A stretch of DNA of 64,000 nt from the human T2T-CHM13v2.0 reference genome, Homo sapiens, in NCBI RefSeq assembly GCF_009914755.1, contig NC_060931.1; one strand, written 5' to 3'. Each line of letters starts with the position of its first letter. Within the stretch, counting starts at the first letter, position 1. The position numbers and the translations under genes were made by a program. Below are positions 12,130 through 24,780 of this stretch, piece by piece. The notes beneath the pieces were generated by a model that ran no database searches, was not told the origin of the DNA, and saw nothing but the letters and a program-made list of their open reading frames with translations.

Positions 12130-14050
12130 AAACTTCTGCTTCTGGAAAGAGGGAGATGTACTTTTCCCTACTGCTCCCAGTAAGTGCAACTAAAACACTG
12201 GCCGTTATACAGTAGCATGGCTCACCTGTCACCGAGACTCCTCTAGATCTTGTTGCTGCTGAGTATCCTACCTGCCAGCGATGGAGATTGACTCTGAGGC
12301 TCCACCATGGTATTATCCCTTGAGGAGACCAAACAGCTGCTTGGCAGGAAGTTAATTACCCAAGAAGGACAGCGATTCATCTTGTACAGGATTGATACAT
12401 ATTCCAAGGTTGTGTCTTCCTTGCCTGCCTGAAAGGCCTCAGCAAGCACGGCGGCCACAAACAACCCTTGAAAATGTCTATTGCAGGAAGCCCAGAAAGG
12501 AAGCACCAAGTTGGTTTAAGGGACTGTTCTTGGGGTTGTAGGGGAGAGGAGATAAAAGGAAGCCAAGATCTGAGATCCCAGAAGATCTTAATACTGACTC
12601 AAGACTCTCTTGAAAGATGTAAACTCTGATAGAGGGTATGGATAATATGTTTGATCCTTTCTAGGGCTTAAGCCAAGACCCTATCAAGCAAGTAAGTGGG
12701 AGATTGTGCTTATAAACAGCTCTTTTGAAGTAAGACAGATGTTCTCCTTGCTTCTCAGAATATTTTAGGCCAAAGCATTTTGTGGGCATAAATTAGCCTA
12801 ATATCAGTGTCAATGCTGTATTTCAGCTTACTCGTGAAGACCTGGTCTTTGTGCTGTAAGCAATTAAGAAAGACAGAATTCTTAAGTGTATTTCAAGGAA
12901 ATGTAAAAACAAAGTGTTCAATGCACACTTATGTATATATATTATGATGTTTATAACAAAAGTGTGAAAACACACATGGGAAAGATTGAAACTTACTTTG
13001 GGGTAGTGGTTTTCTGGGCAGGCAGAAAGAGAAATGTGTCTATGTGTGTTACTACTTATTTCTGAAATAAAATAACAGTATCTGAGAAAAACAAAACAAA
13101 AAAAACACTGGCCATTATATATAAAACAGACCTAAGAAGACTCTGAAAGGTGAAAAGAAAAAGGCAGAGTGGCTAAGGATATTGGGACTCAAGAAACAAC
13201 AACGTGATGATGAGTTCCCTGGATTTTCCTGTTGCCTGAAGTAATCCAGACTTGGAGCTGAAAACACTGGCAACCAGGAAATGCCAGTGGGCACAGACCA
13301 GAAAGAAGCCCAGTAAAAGCCTGATCTCTCCCTAGCCAAAGGCTCAAGAAGGAGAGAGCTTAACACAAAAGAAGATTTGTAAGCCATCAACTGTCCACTC
13401 TAGCCAAACACCATGGAAGAAACTGTGTCCCACCCCTCCCCTTGCCAGGAAGAGCTGAGTGGGGAGCCTAGACTTACACCCTTTCTGTCTGAAAATGCTC
13501 CAACTCCCACCCTTGCTGGGGTGATGTCAGAGATGACCACATAGGGAGCCATGATTTTCATCCCTGCTGGCCAGGAATGAACTTCATTCTCTGTGGTGTC
13601 CGGAGACCATGTGGGAATCCTGGATTTCCTTCTTCACCCAGCCTGATGTTGGAGCAAACCTGATGGAGAGTCCAGACTATCACCCTGAGGCCAAGTGGTA
13701 ACAAGGCCACCTGCACTTGTGGCAGCAGTAGAGACCACATGGGGAACTGGAAGTCCCAACCCAGCGGTAACAAGGAGCCCCGCCCACCCTTGGTGGATGA
13801 GTAAATGCCGAGTGGAGAACCTGGACTTCTGTCTCTATTGTAATGAGGCTGGAGCAGCATCAGAGAAAGTCAGCAAAAACAAAAGGTTTAAATAAGAGTC
13901 AGAGTCTTATAACAATATGAAATTTCAGTAGAATATCAGTTAGTATACCAAGAACCAGGAAGATCTCAACTGAGTGAAAAAAAGACAATCAGTAGATGCC
14001 AATACCAAGATAATAGAGATTTTGGAATTACTTGAAAAAGATTTTAAAGT
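12130..14050 (+). mobile_element. Ancient L1M 5' region (L1M4/L1MD-like), interrupted at 12212-13101
   Basis: acttctgcttctgg...aagtgcaactaaaacactgg | ...ataaaacagacctaagaagactctgaaagg...; reads continuously once the insert is removed. Confidence 0.55.
12212..13101 (+). pseudogene. L1-mediated retro-insertion (retrocopy or orphan transduction) of an unidentified transcript
   Basis: 20-bp TSD (12192-12211 and 13102-13121, 18/20 identical), AATAAA at 13066-13071, A-rich tail at 13087-13101. Confidence 0.8.
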
Positions 14051-14052
14051 AG

Positions 14053-14925
14053 TGTATTAGTCCATTTTCACATTGCTACAAAGAACTACCTGAGACTGGA
14101 TAATTTATGAAGAAAAGAGGTTTAATTGACTCACAGTTCCACAGACTTAACAGAAAGCATAACTGGGAGGCCTCAGGAAACTTACAATCATGATGGAAGA
14201 TGAAGGGGAAGCAAGGACCTTCTTCACATAGTGTTCAGAGAGAGAGCAAAGGGGGAAGTGCCACATACTTTTAAACCATCAGATCTCATGAAAACTCACT
14301 GTCATGAGAACAACAAAGAGTAAATTCACCCTCCATGATCCCCTGTAAAATCAAAAACAAGTTAGTTATCCAAGATACAATGAAGGTACACGTATTGGGT
14401 AAATATTCCCCTTCCAAATGGGAGAAATTGGCCAAAACAAAGGGGCTACAGGCCCTGTGCAAGTGTGAAACCCACCAAGGCAGTCATTACATCTTAAAGC
14501 TCCAAAATAATCTCCTTTGACTCTATGTCTCACATCTAGGACACGCTGATATAAGAGGTGGGCTTCCAAGGCCTTAGGCAGCTCCACCCCTGTGGCTCTG
14601 CAGGGTACAGCCCCCACAACTGCTTTCACTGGCTGATGTTGAGTGCCTGCAGCTTTTCCAGGTGTATGGATCTACCAGCTGTCAGTGGATCTCCCATTCT
14701 GGGGTCTGGAGGACAGTGACCCTCTTCTCACAGCTCCACTAGGTAGTACCCCAGTGGGGACTCTGTGTGGGGGCTCCAACCCCACACTGCCCTAGCAGAG
14801 GTTCTCCATGAGAGCTGTGCTCCTGCAACTGACTTCTGCCTAGACATCCAGGTGTTTCCATACATTCTCTGAAATCTAGGTGGAGGTTCTCAAGGCTCAA
14901 CTCTTGGCTTCTGTGTACCCACAGA
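14053..14925 (-). mobile_element. MST/THE1-type MaLR LTR plus truncated internal sequence
   Basis: tgtattagtccattttcac...; internal aaaatcaaaaacaagttagtt...cagctccacccctgtggctctgcagg. Confidence 0.85.
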
Positions 14926-14939
14926 AACATGTGCCAAAC

Positions 14940-15340
14940 ACAACTGCCTACCCAACGTCTCCACTGAGATATTTCATACACATCTCAAAATCACATTCAG
15001 ATCTAAACCCCTGCCTGTCCCTCCCCAAACCTACTCTTGCCTGTCTCTCCAACTCATTAAATGGTACATATAATGGGCTACTTAGTGAGAAACCTTTGAG
15101 TCATCTGTAATCTTGCTCATTTTCTCACAACAACCATCCAGTTCTTTCAGCTATGCCTTGAAAGTATTTCCAGGTGTTTTCTGTGACTTGGCTTATTGCA
15201 CTTGCCTCCAAACTGCTCCCTCTTCCCCATCTTGGCTTTCTTAGTTTGTTCTCCACACGGCAGCCTGAGTGCCTTTTAGACACTAAGTCAAACCATGGCT
15301 TTTCTCTAATTACAACCCTTCAATAGCTTCTCATGATGCT
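14940..15340 (+). mobile_element. L2 fragment
   Basis: aactgcctacccaacgtctccactgagatattt...catctcaaaatcac...ttctccacacggcagcc; L2 3' region. Confidence 0.6.
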
Positions 15341-15419
15341 AATAAAGGCAATTATGCAGTTTTCAGAATACAGCAACATTTTTATAATGATTTCTGAACA
15401 ATACTAGCACATCATTTAT

Positions 15420-16270
15420 TCTGTAATATATATTTATTGAGAAACAGCTATGTCCTGGGAACTCCATTAAATATTGGTACTGTAATTGTGAAAGAAAAAT
15501 AAACCTGGCAGTTACACTCAGAGATTAAAATCCAAGGGAGAATGTAGACAGGCAGTTATCATATGGGTGCCCGGTGCTGGAGTATGAAGAGTACAGAGTG
15601 CTCTGAGAACATTTACATAGGGCCCCTTTCCAGAGGAGGTGAAATGTAAACTGAGACCTGTAACATAAATAGAAATGAAGCAGGTGAGAAGTGGGTGAAG
15701 GAGAGAGACAGAATGTGATAAGGCTTTGTGGCTGGATCTGAGAGTGTGAAATTGGGAGAGATGGCAGAATAGTTAGGAGCAGTAAGTGGCATCCAGACCA
15801 CATAGGGTCTTATGCAGTAGATTATGCTAAGACCTTTGGACGTTATCCTAAGAAACTGACAATTCCGAATTAAGATTGTGAGTTAAAGGATTCTAAATAA
15901 GAAAGTGACATGATAAGATTTCTATTTTAAAAAAGATTATTTAGTCAGCCATTGGAGGATGAATCAGAGATAGGACTAGAGGCGAAGAGTAGTTAGAAAG
16001 TGATTAACAGATACCCAGATGAGCAATAATGGTGACTTGGACCAAGGGCATCCTGGAGATGGAGGATAGTAGAGAGACTCCAGAGGTAGTTAGAAGAGCA
16101 CTTGACAGAGAAGTCAAGGAGGTTGCCCAAGTTTCTATTAGGGTGTATAAAAAGAAGAGCAGCTTTGTAGAGAAGATAACAAGTTCAGATTTGTACTTGA
16201 ACAAATTAGGTATGAATTTTTTGTGGGACTTTCCAAGGGAGAGGTCCCACGTGCAGTTCTAAATTTGTTT
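15420..16270 (-). mobile_element. L2 fragment
   Basis: atatttattgag...tatgtcctggg...; purine-rich L2 antisense pattern. Confidence 0.55.
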
Positions 16271-16624
16271 TCAGGAATGAGTGAGTGAGAAGGGAGGGAG
16301 GTGACAGATATCAGGGAGGGAGACTAGCATATTTTTCTCTCCCTGAGATGTTTATTTCTAAATGTTCAGTTAATGTTTTGTGACCTTAAGCCGTATGTTC
16401 TCTATTACTATACTAAGAAGAGGGATGTTAGGCGTGTTAAAACTTGTTGGGAAGTTGTGTTTACTTTATTAGCCAATGAGCCTTGAATAAAGAGATTGCT
16501 TGGCTCTAATTCAGAAGTGGAAACTTCCTCTTGATGCTAAATATAACATTGTGGTGTATGACACATAGTGTCCTAGAACTTTGCTGTTACACTGCTTTTC
16601 AGCTTGTGTGAAATTCAGCATAAG

Positions 16625-16986
16625 GTGCCCTCTGTTTAGGTTGCTATAACAAAACACGATAAACTGGGTAGCTTATAAACAACAGAAATTTATTTTTCAG
16701 GGTTTCAGAGGCTGAGAAGTCCAAGAGCAAGGCTCCCGCAGGTTCAGTGTCTGGGGAGGGCTACATCCCAGTTCACAGATGGCACTTTCTAGCCATGTCC
16801 TTACTTGGTGGAAGGATGGAGGAGTCTCTCTCAGGCCTCTTTTATATGGGCACTGATCCCATTCATGAAGGTCCCACACTTATTACCTAGTCACCCCTGA
16901 AAGCACCACTTCTTGATACTATCGTATTGAGGGTTAGGATTTCAAAATAAAATTTTGCAAGGACATAAAACATTCAGACTCTAGCA
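16625..16986 (-). mobile_element. MLT1A-type solo LTR
   Basis: gctataacaaaacacgataaactgggtagcttataaacaacagaaattt...cattcagactctagca. Confidence 0.8.
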
Positions 16987-17009
16987 GGTATATTCCTTCA
17001 AAGAAACAT

Positions 17010-17240
17010 AGCATCTGGGATCAGGAGCCAGGTTGCCTGGCTTTAAATTCCAGCCCTGACATTTACCAGTGGTGTGATTTTAGGTGAATCATTTAACTTC
17101 TCTGAGTTTGTTTTGTCACCTATAATGCACAAAAAATTATAACCTACATGAAATGTTGTAAGAGGTGAGTTAATCATGTGAAATATTTAGAACAGAATTA
17201 CTCACGTGCTAACTGTCATTAATTCTATTACCGTTGTTAT
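17010..17240 (+). mobile_element. MIR SINE
   Basis: ctggctttaaattccagccctgacatttaccag...tttaacttctctgagtttg. Confidence 0.65.
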
Positions 17241-18048
17241 TGTTAATAGATTGAGGCTCAGTTTACAGAGGTGGCAAAGGCCTTCATTGTGAGAAATCTG
17301 TGGTGTGTACTTCAGAGGCCTTTTGACTATGAAGCACCAAAATGTTTCTGAAATCCTGGGACTTCTTTACTGGAGACTCAACTCTGATGCTGTGAAGATA
17401 ATAGTTATTCTTTCACCGTTTCATTGTAACTATGGGAGTGGATAGTTATGTATCAGGAGGAAACTGAGGGATGCTAAACGCACGCTAATAAGAAACTGGG
17501 AAAACGTAAGAGTATTTGTTTCCTCTGTATCACTAATGATATTTTCTTACCAGTGGATTTCAGTTCTCACCTGAAGAAATAGTGTTTCCGTGTAGATTTA
17601 CAACTCCATGAAAAAACAAACAAAAACCCTTCCTATTTAAACTTATAGATGGACTAAAGTTATAATGAGGATAGGTTCTTTTTTCTTTTCTGAAAAACTT
17701 CACTTTTTCATTTATAATCAAAATGAATTGGGAGTAGGAGGAGAGACTGAGGCTTCTATGTGAGCATGTGAGCCAAAGCACTGCTGTTGAGGCCTGGGCC
17801 ACTGAAAAGAATCGGGAAAGCATAGGGGAACAGTGCTAAGCTTTCAGTGATTCTGTAAGGTGGCACTTGCACAGTCAGTCAGATATAGCTCTTTCTTGAA
17901 CTTCCGTAGAATGCTGCTATGAAAAATAAATTCACTCAGAGACAGAGAGCGAGCGAGAGAGAGCTAAAGTAAGGTCACGCTTGTGTGATTGCTATTTTCG
18001 CTGTTGGATTATTTCCAATATACTAATATTTCACTTTGAATTTTACAG

Positions 18049-18165
18049 GAGTTTGAAAGTGATTATGTGGCATTTAAGTCCAAAACTCTGGAATTTGACA
18101 GAAGGCTTGGGACAATTATTTGTGAAGCTTTCTTTAACTGCAATGGCTTAGAAGCTGCATTTAAG
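18049..18165 (+). CDS. DNAH11: DNAH11 exon ~9 (117 nt; EFESDY...EAAFK)
   Basis: ttttacag|GAG; AAG|gttagt; not in the ORF track, read manually. Confidence 0.95.
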
Positions 18166-18582
18166 GTTAGTTCTGAAGAAGCTATCATAAAAAACGTTTA
18201 CTATGAATAATATAGGCTGTTAAATGAAAGGGGTGAATTCTCATTCAGGTAGAGTATTCACTAGGTTAACTAGTCATATTCCCTTCAAATTCAGCTCACT
18301 GAATAATAAACTTTGAATAGTGTACTAATGAATAATGACACTTTGGACAAGATTATTTTAGGACATTTAGTTACTGTTCTGTTCTTGCATTCACAGTGTT
18401 TTAGCTCTCATTATCTTCACAGCAAATTTGGCCTGGCCAATGAAATATTGATTCAAAATTAAGTCACAGTGAAAAGTGAAAAATACCTTAATTCAGGAAT
18501 TTCTTTTATTTACCATTGTTTAGATTGTTAGGTTCATCTGCCTATTTTATTATTCTGACTGAAACAAATAGCAATTTATATA

Positions 18583-18752
18583 CTGTATTTACCCAGGCAT
18601 AAGACATCATTGATTATCAGACACACCATTATTTTGTGTAACAATAAAAAATGCTGCCAAATAATTATGATTTCATTGACTGCATAATGTATTTCAGTCG
18701 CAGAGATTTTGAAACATAAAAGTATGCTTGTCACAGAATTGATGAAATACAG
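18583..18752. mobile_element. Short TcMar-type DNA transposon relic (MER104-like)
   Basis: Imperfect terminal inverted repeats ctgtattt...gaaatacag with TA-like flanks. Confidence 0.45.
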
Positions 18753-19114
18753 TTAAGAGTTATATAAAAGAAAAGCATCTCAATAGTGTCCCCAGATGAA
18801 AAGCTTATAATATGAGGAATAGCAACACCATGTAAAACTTGCTTGACAAAGAAAAAAATCACAAATCAAGTATAAATTAATAATTAGATAACGTCCCAAA
18901 AGAGGGATGGAGGGTTCAATATCAGAAGAAAAAGAGCTAAGAAATCATGGATATAATTCATTGAGAATGGCAGTGCCAAACAATATAGCAGACACAGATT
19001 TTTAAAAGATATTGTTTGATTTTGACCTTCGAATGAATTGGCTGGTCAGTGGAGAAGACACCGGCGTTCTCTGGCCCCAGTCAAGCATTTTAACATAAAG
19101 AATTCACGAGGATC

Positions 19115-20725
19115 TGGATAGGAAGAATCATTATCATGAAAATGGCCATACTGCTCAAAGTAATTTATAGATTCAATGCTATCCCCATCAAGCTACCACT
19201 GACTTTCTTCACAGAATTAGAAAAAACTACTTTAAATTTCATATGGAACTGAAAAAGAGCATGTATAGCCAATATAATCCTAAGCAAAAAGAACAAAGCT
19301 GGAGGCATCATGCTACCTGACTTGAAACTACACTACAAGGCTACAGTAACCAAAACAGTATAGTACTGGTACCAAAACAGATTGTAGACCAATGGAACAG
19401 AACAGAGGCCTCAGAAATAATGACACACACATCTACAACCATGTGATCTTTGACAAACCTGACAAAAACAAGCAATGGGGAAAGGATTCCCTATTTAATA
19501 AATGGTGTTGGGAAAACTGGCTTGCCATATGCAGAAAACGGAAACTGGACCTCTTCCTTACACCTTATAGAAAAATTAAGATGGATTAAAGACTTACATG
19601 TAAGACCTAAAACCATAATACCCCTAGAAGAAATCCCAGGCAATACCATTCAGGACATAGGCATGGGCAAAGACTTCATGACTAAAACACCAAAAGGAAT
19701 TGTAACAAAAGCCAAAATTGACAAATGGGATCTAATTAAACTAAAATGCGTCTCCACAGCGAAAGAAACTATCATCAGAGTGAACAGGCAACCTACAGAA
19801 TGGGAGAATATTTTTGCAATCTATCCATCTGACAAAGGTCTAATATCCAGAATCTACAAGGAACTTAAACAAATTTACAAGAAAAAAACAACCCCATCAA
19901 AAAGTGGGCGAAAGACATGAACAGACACTTCTCAAAAAGAGACATTTATGTGGCCAAGAAACATGAAAAAAAGCTCATCATCACTGGTCATTAGAGAAAT
20001 GCAAATCAAAACCGTAATGACATACCACCTCATGCCAGTTAGAATGGCGATCATTAAAAAGTCAGGAAACAACAGATGCTAGAGGGAATGTGGAGAAATA
20101 GGAATGCTTTTACACTGTTGGTGGGAGTGCAAATTAGTTCAACCATTGTGGAAGACAGTGCGGCGATTCCTCAAGGATCTAGAACCAGAAATACCATTTG
20201 ACCTGGCAATACCATTACTGGGTATATACCCAAAGGATTATAAGTCATTCTTCTATAAAGACACATGCACACATATGTTTATTGCAGCACTGTTCACAGT
20301 AGCAAAGACTTGGAACCAACCCAAATGCCCATCAATGATAGACTGGATAAAGAAAATGTGGCACATGTACACCATGGAATACTATGCAGCCATAAAGAAG
20401 AATGAGTTCATGTCCTTTGCAGGGACATGGATGAAGCTGGAAACCAACATTCTCAGCAAACTAACACAGGAACAGAAAACCAAACACTGCATGTTCTCAC
20501 TCATAAGTGGGAGTTAAACAGTGAGAACACATGGACACAGAGAGGGGAACATCACACACCAGGGGATGTCAGGGAGTGGGGGGCTAGGGGAGAGGTAGCA
20601 TTAGGAGAAATACCCAATGTAGATGATGGGTTGATAGGTACAGCAAACCAGCATGGCACATGTATACCTATGTAACAAACCTGCACATTGTGTACATGTA
20701 TCCCAGAACTTAAAGTATTAAAAAA
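19115..20725 (+). mobile_element. 5'-truncated L1PA7/8-like LINE-1 (ORF2 3' part and 3'UTR), inactive
   Basis: ORF2-like peptides ([21 protein letters not shown]) broken by frameshifts; short A tail; TSD aattca(c/t)gaggatc at 19101-19114 and 20726-20739. Confidence 0.93.
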
Positions 20726-23029
20726 AATTCATGAGGATCAAATAGTTCTTTGTTTTATAAGAACTCTTCAGTGAAACTCAGGTGCCAGCCATCAGCCGAA
20801 ATGTACAGCCTGTTGTTATAAAATGACCTGTAATCTCATCTCTCAGGTATACTTGCTAGTATATTTAATACTGCCACTATTTTTTCTTTGTCTAGATATG
20901 CATACATGTTTCTCTTTGACAAAAATGACATTATATTTTAATCCTCTACTGTAATCTTCTTCACTTAACAGAGTCATAAAATTTTTTCTTGCCTTTATAA
21001 CAGAATTCAAGTATTATTTTTTTACATGTGTGATAGTCTATCATATTCTTTGCTACTGGAACTAGTTTTCTTTCTTGCTTTTACAAATAACTAAAAAAAA
21101 TGTAGAGTGAAATCTCAATTACAGAGGCTCCTGCCATTTTCAATTCAAGTCTCTCTTTTTCACAACCATTAGTATGAATTCTGTTATAGTACCTGTCAGT
21201 TAATGTTTTTTCTAAACAATTTAATCTCTTAGGTAAAAGGTTTTTTTCTTTAACTTTTCAGATATTTGACCTGTTTACTGAACAAATATAAGATGAGATC
21301 CTACTGTCATAAGCTTGGCGGGGGTGTGGCATCATCTTACAGCTTCTGTGTAGATTGCCTTCCATGGTGACTTGTACAAAGTGGCGTTTAATAAGTACTT
21401 GAGGCTAGGTGGAGTGACTGGTAGTTCAAGTAATGAAATAACATGCTGATGAGGGTAAACTGCTGCAAGTGTAATGGCAGAGGAAAAAATTACAAGGCTG
21501 TGTACTTAGAAAAATATTGCATCCATAGGGATAGAATGATGAGCTCAGACCATTTACTGTTGGTCCCTGGGAAAAAAATATTTATAGATGGTTCTCTGAA
21601 GACGACTATTCCAGTACCTGCTATTGTCACAGACATGGCCAGGAAGGGCACCGGAACTGAGCGCTATTCTACTCTAATATAAAAGTATAGTACTTTAAAA
21701 TCTGAAGTGCTGGTGCTCACCAAAAACCAAAACCAAATACTACTGAATGGCTCTCTAAAATTTACATGAAGGTAAACCGAAGTGTGTAAAAAAAATTGTC
21801 TAGAAAGGACTTCAGCTTTGAAAAGTATTAAAATGTGAAGTGTATATGGTTTAGGTGGCCACAGATTTTTAAAAATCTTTGAAAGAGGCGCACCTAGGAA
21901 AAATATAAATATGTACTACACCGAACAATGGCAATGGTGTTATGAAAAACTGTATTATGCAATGAAAGAGAAGTGGAGCAAAATTAAGGCAAACCTTGCA
22001 GATCTCAGATGTGATATTTAGAAAGAGAAGCATGTGGTGGGAATTACTCTTTAGTCTTGAAGTCAATGTGAAAGAAAACATCTCTACTCTTCATAAAATA
22101 GCTTTTAGTTTTACTGTGAACAAAGAAGCAAGAGGTTGAAATGACCTTTACTCTCCTCCTGGAGGGTGGTTTTTATACATTTTGCATGACAAACAATTAC
22201 AATAATGTATACTGCCTAAAACATTGAGACTTTTCCTACTACTTTTTGGCTTTACAACCTCGCCTCAGAGTATTTTCTCTATGTATTTTCTCTTGAAAAC
22301 TTGGAGTTAAGGACCGCTAAGCTGGTGGGCAAGATGTGATGTAGCTAGGAAGCTTCTGGTATTCTTTCCATTGTGGTCAATATGATAAGTTTTTACAAAA
22401 TAATGTTGTGAAATAAATACACTTATCATTTCTTGTTGGAATATACTTTTTTGTTAAATACATAAGGCAATGTTTACTTCAGAATTTTTATTTGAAACCC
22501 AAACTCAACAAAACAATGACTGTGGGAAGAAAGTTAATCATTTACATTTTGCTAGGTAGCCCCGAGTAGTAGATTTAAAAATATTTAGCAGTTTCTACTG
22601 TAGTTATAATTGCTGTCACCAGAAAAAGTCAGAATGTGTTTGTCTAAATTGATCCCTAAGGTATAGTTATAGTTACATTTTAGTTTCTATAATTTTTTCA
22701 TGGTAATTTTATTTTCAGTGAATGTAGTTTATGGAAATATTTGCAAATTTTTATTATGAAGCTGTTTTTTAAGTGAAACAAGTTTTAGGGAATACCTGTT
22801 ATTTCCTTAAGAAAAAGAACAAAGCCCCCTCCTTTGCCATATTGCTAAACAAGGCGTGACCTTGGATACAGTTTATCTACCACTGTAAATATACTTAGTT
22901 ATTTTGAGATGTCTTCTTTCAGAGAAAATACCTATATGACAGGCTTAATAACTAACATATTATAAAGCCCACACAGAATGATCAGATAACAAAATGACAT
23001 AACTTTCAATGGCGTATTAGCTGATGAGA

Positions 23030-23230
23030 AGCTACACACTGAAGCACAAACCCGAATGCTAGACTGCCTGGTTTCAAATCCCAGCTCCGCCACTAGCTGT
23101 TACGAATTTGGGAAAATCATTCCCTCCTTGTAACTCAGTTTCCTCACCTGGAGTGTGTAATAATAACAGCACTTTTAAAGCCCTTAACACATAGTTCCTG
23201 GGACATAGCACTATAGAAACATTGGTTATA
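23030..23230 (+). mobile_element. MIR SINE
   Basis: agactgcctggtttcaaatcccagctccgccactagctgt...ctcagtttcctcacct. Confidence 0.7.
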
Positions 23231-24207
23231 TACAAATAAATGTTTTGGTTACATCATTTTGCTTGCAAGGAAAGAGCTATTTTATGCTAGCACACAGAAG
23301 AATCCACATTGGGTAGTAAACAAGACAAGAGACTAATGGGAATCCAAAATCAGACTCACTGGATAACTAAGCTTTGTGAACACCGGCAGTGAAGGTAAGT
23401 TTGAAATCTAGGGGGCTCCATTGACTGAGCAAGAGGAGTTTGTGAGACTCGACTCCTGCTTTGCTGGTCATGTGATCCTGTTCAGTCTGTGTGTCTGCTT
23501 TCTCCTGTCCCACTATCAGTTGACTTCCTCTGCTTGCTAGTAGTTTCTGCTCACTGATAATTTTAGCCAGCATGGATTCAGCCAGGCCCTGACTCTGAGA
23601 AAGAATCTTATTAGCTCAAAGCATTGATTTGAGCCAGGACAGTCATCCACCTGTGGAGTGGTTGTCCTTGTAACAGTCACCACTGTAGCCCCAGGACACT
23701 GTTGGGGGTGGCTGGGTCGTGTGGATGTACCAGCGGCCATAGGCATGCAGTCATGGTGACTGGCACATCTGGTATAATTATTCATGCTGTGACCTAGAGG
23801 GCCTTAATATGGATATATGGATATTTATATCTAAAGAATACATATGTAGGAGGGAAGAACAATAACAAGTATGTGAATCTTGTTTCTATTCTTATATCTG
23901 CAAAGCATCTTCTAAAATGTTACCTGGAACCCAACAGGAAATAATATTAGCTGTGAACGGAAATTGCAGACAGACAGTGGTTCCTTTCTGCTGAGAAAGG
24001 GAAATTATTTTACATCTAGAATTGGTTTATTGGATGTACAGAAATTTTAGGGAGATGGAAAAATACATTTTACATTTTGAAGCATCACAGGATGCTTTTA
24101 AGATTCTAAACTTTAGTCATGTAAGAGGTTTGAAGGGGAACATTATGAGCTGAGTATTTGTTAAAAACTCATAGTGCTTAATGTTGCCTTCACTTTGATT
24201 TTTATAG

Positions 24208-24345
24208 CTTTTGACCATATTTGGAAATTTTCTAGAGAAGCCAGTTGTCATGGAAATTTTCAGCCTACATTACAGCACACTAGTGCATATGTTTAATACA
24301 GAGCTGGATGTGTGTAAGCAACTGTATAATGAACACATGAAACAG
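24208..24345 (+). CDS. DNAH11: DNAH11 exon ~10 (138 nt; LLTIFGN...EHMKQ)
   Basis: tttttatag|CTT; CAG|gtaagt. Confidence 0.95.
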
Positions 24346-24655
24346 GTAAGTGGTGGATAAGGTTGGACACATTTACAATATCATTTAGGCGGATAATGAC
24401 CATCAACTAGAACTCTATGTGATTATATCTAAAGATTAGATATAGGCACTACATTTTTGTGCTTTTATTTAACTGGTTTCCTCATGGAGATGGTAAACTT
24501 GCTTTAGGACTGTAACTCTTCTAGTAATCAAGTGATTAAACACATATGTTTTATACTACTGTAAAAATACCAAAATGAAAAATTGCTTACAGGGTTGGAA
24601 ACCATTCTGACTAAATGTTCCCTTTCTTCCTCTTCACCAAAATATCAACTTGCAG

Positions 24656-24780
24656 ATTGAATGTGGTCATGTAGTTCTTAACAAGAACATGCCATTTACC
24701 TCAGGAAATATGAAATGGGCCCAGCAGGTTCTCCAACGACTTCAAATGTTTTGGTCAAACTTTGCATCTCTCCGTTATCT
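24656..24780 (+). CDS. DNAH11: DNAH11 exon ~11 (125 nt; IECGHV...SLRY)
   Basis: caacttgcag|ATT; TCT|gtaagt; ends in phase 2. Confidence 0.95.

Noticed and set aside
19392-20675. ORFs of 65-156 aa as a nested gene
   Set aside because: Frameshifted L1 ORF2 and 3'UTR remnants inside a TSD-bounded L1
23330-23760. Possible old MLT1J/K-type LTR
   Set aside because: The resemblance was too weak to set boundaries or a family without a search
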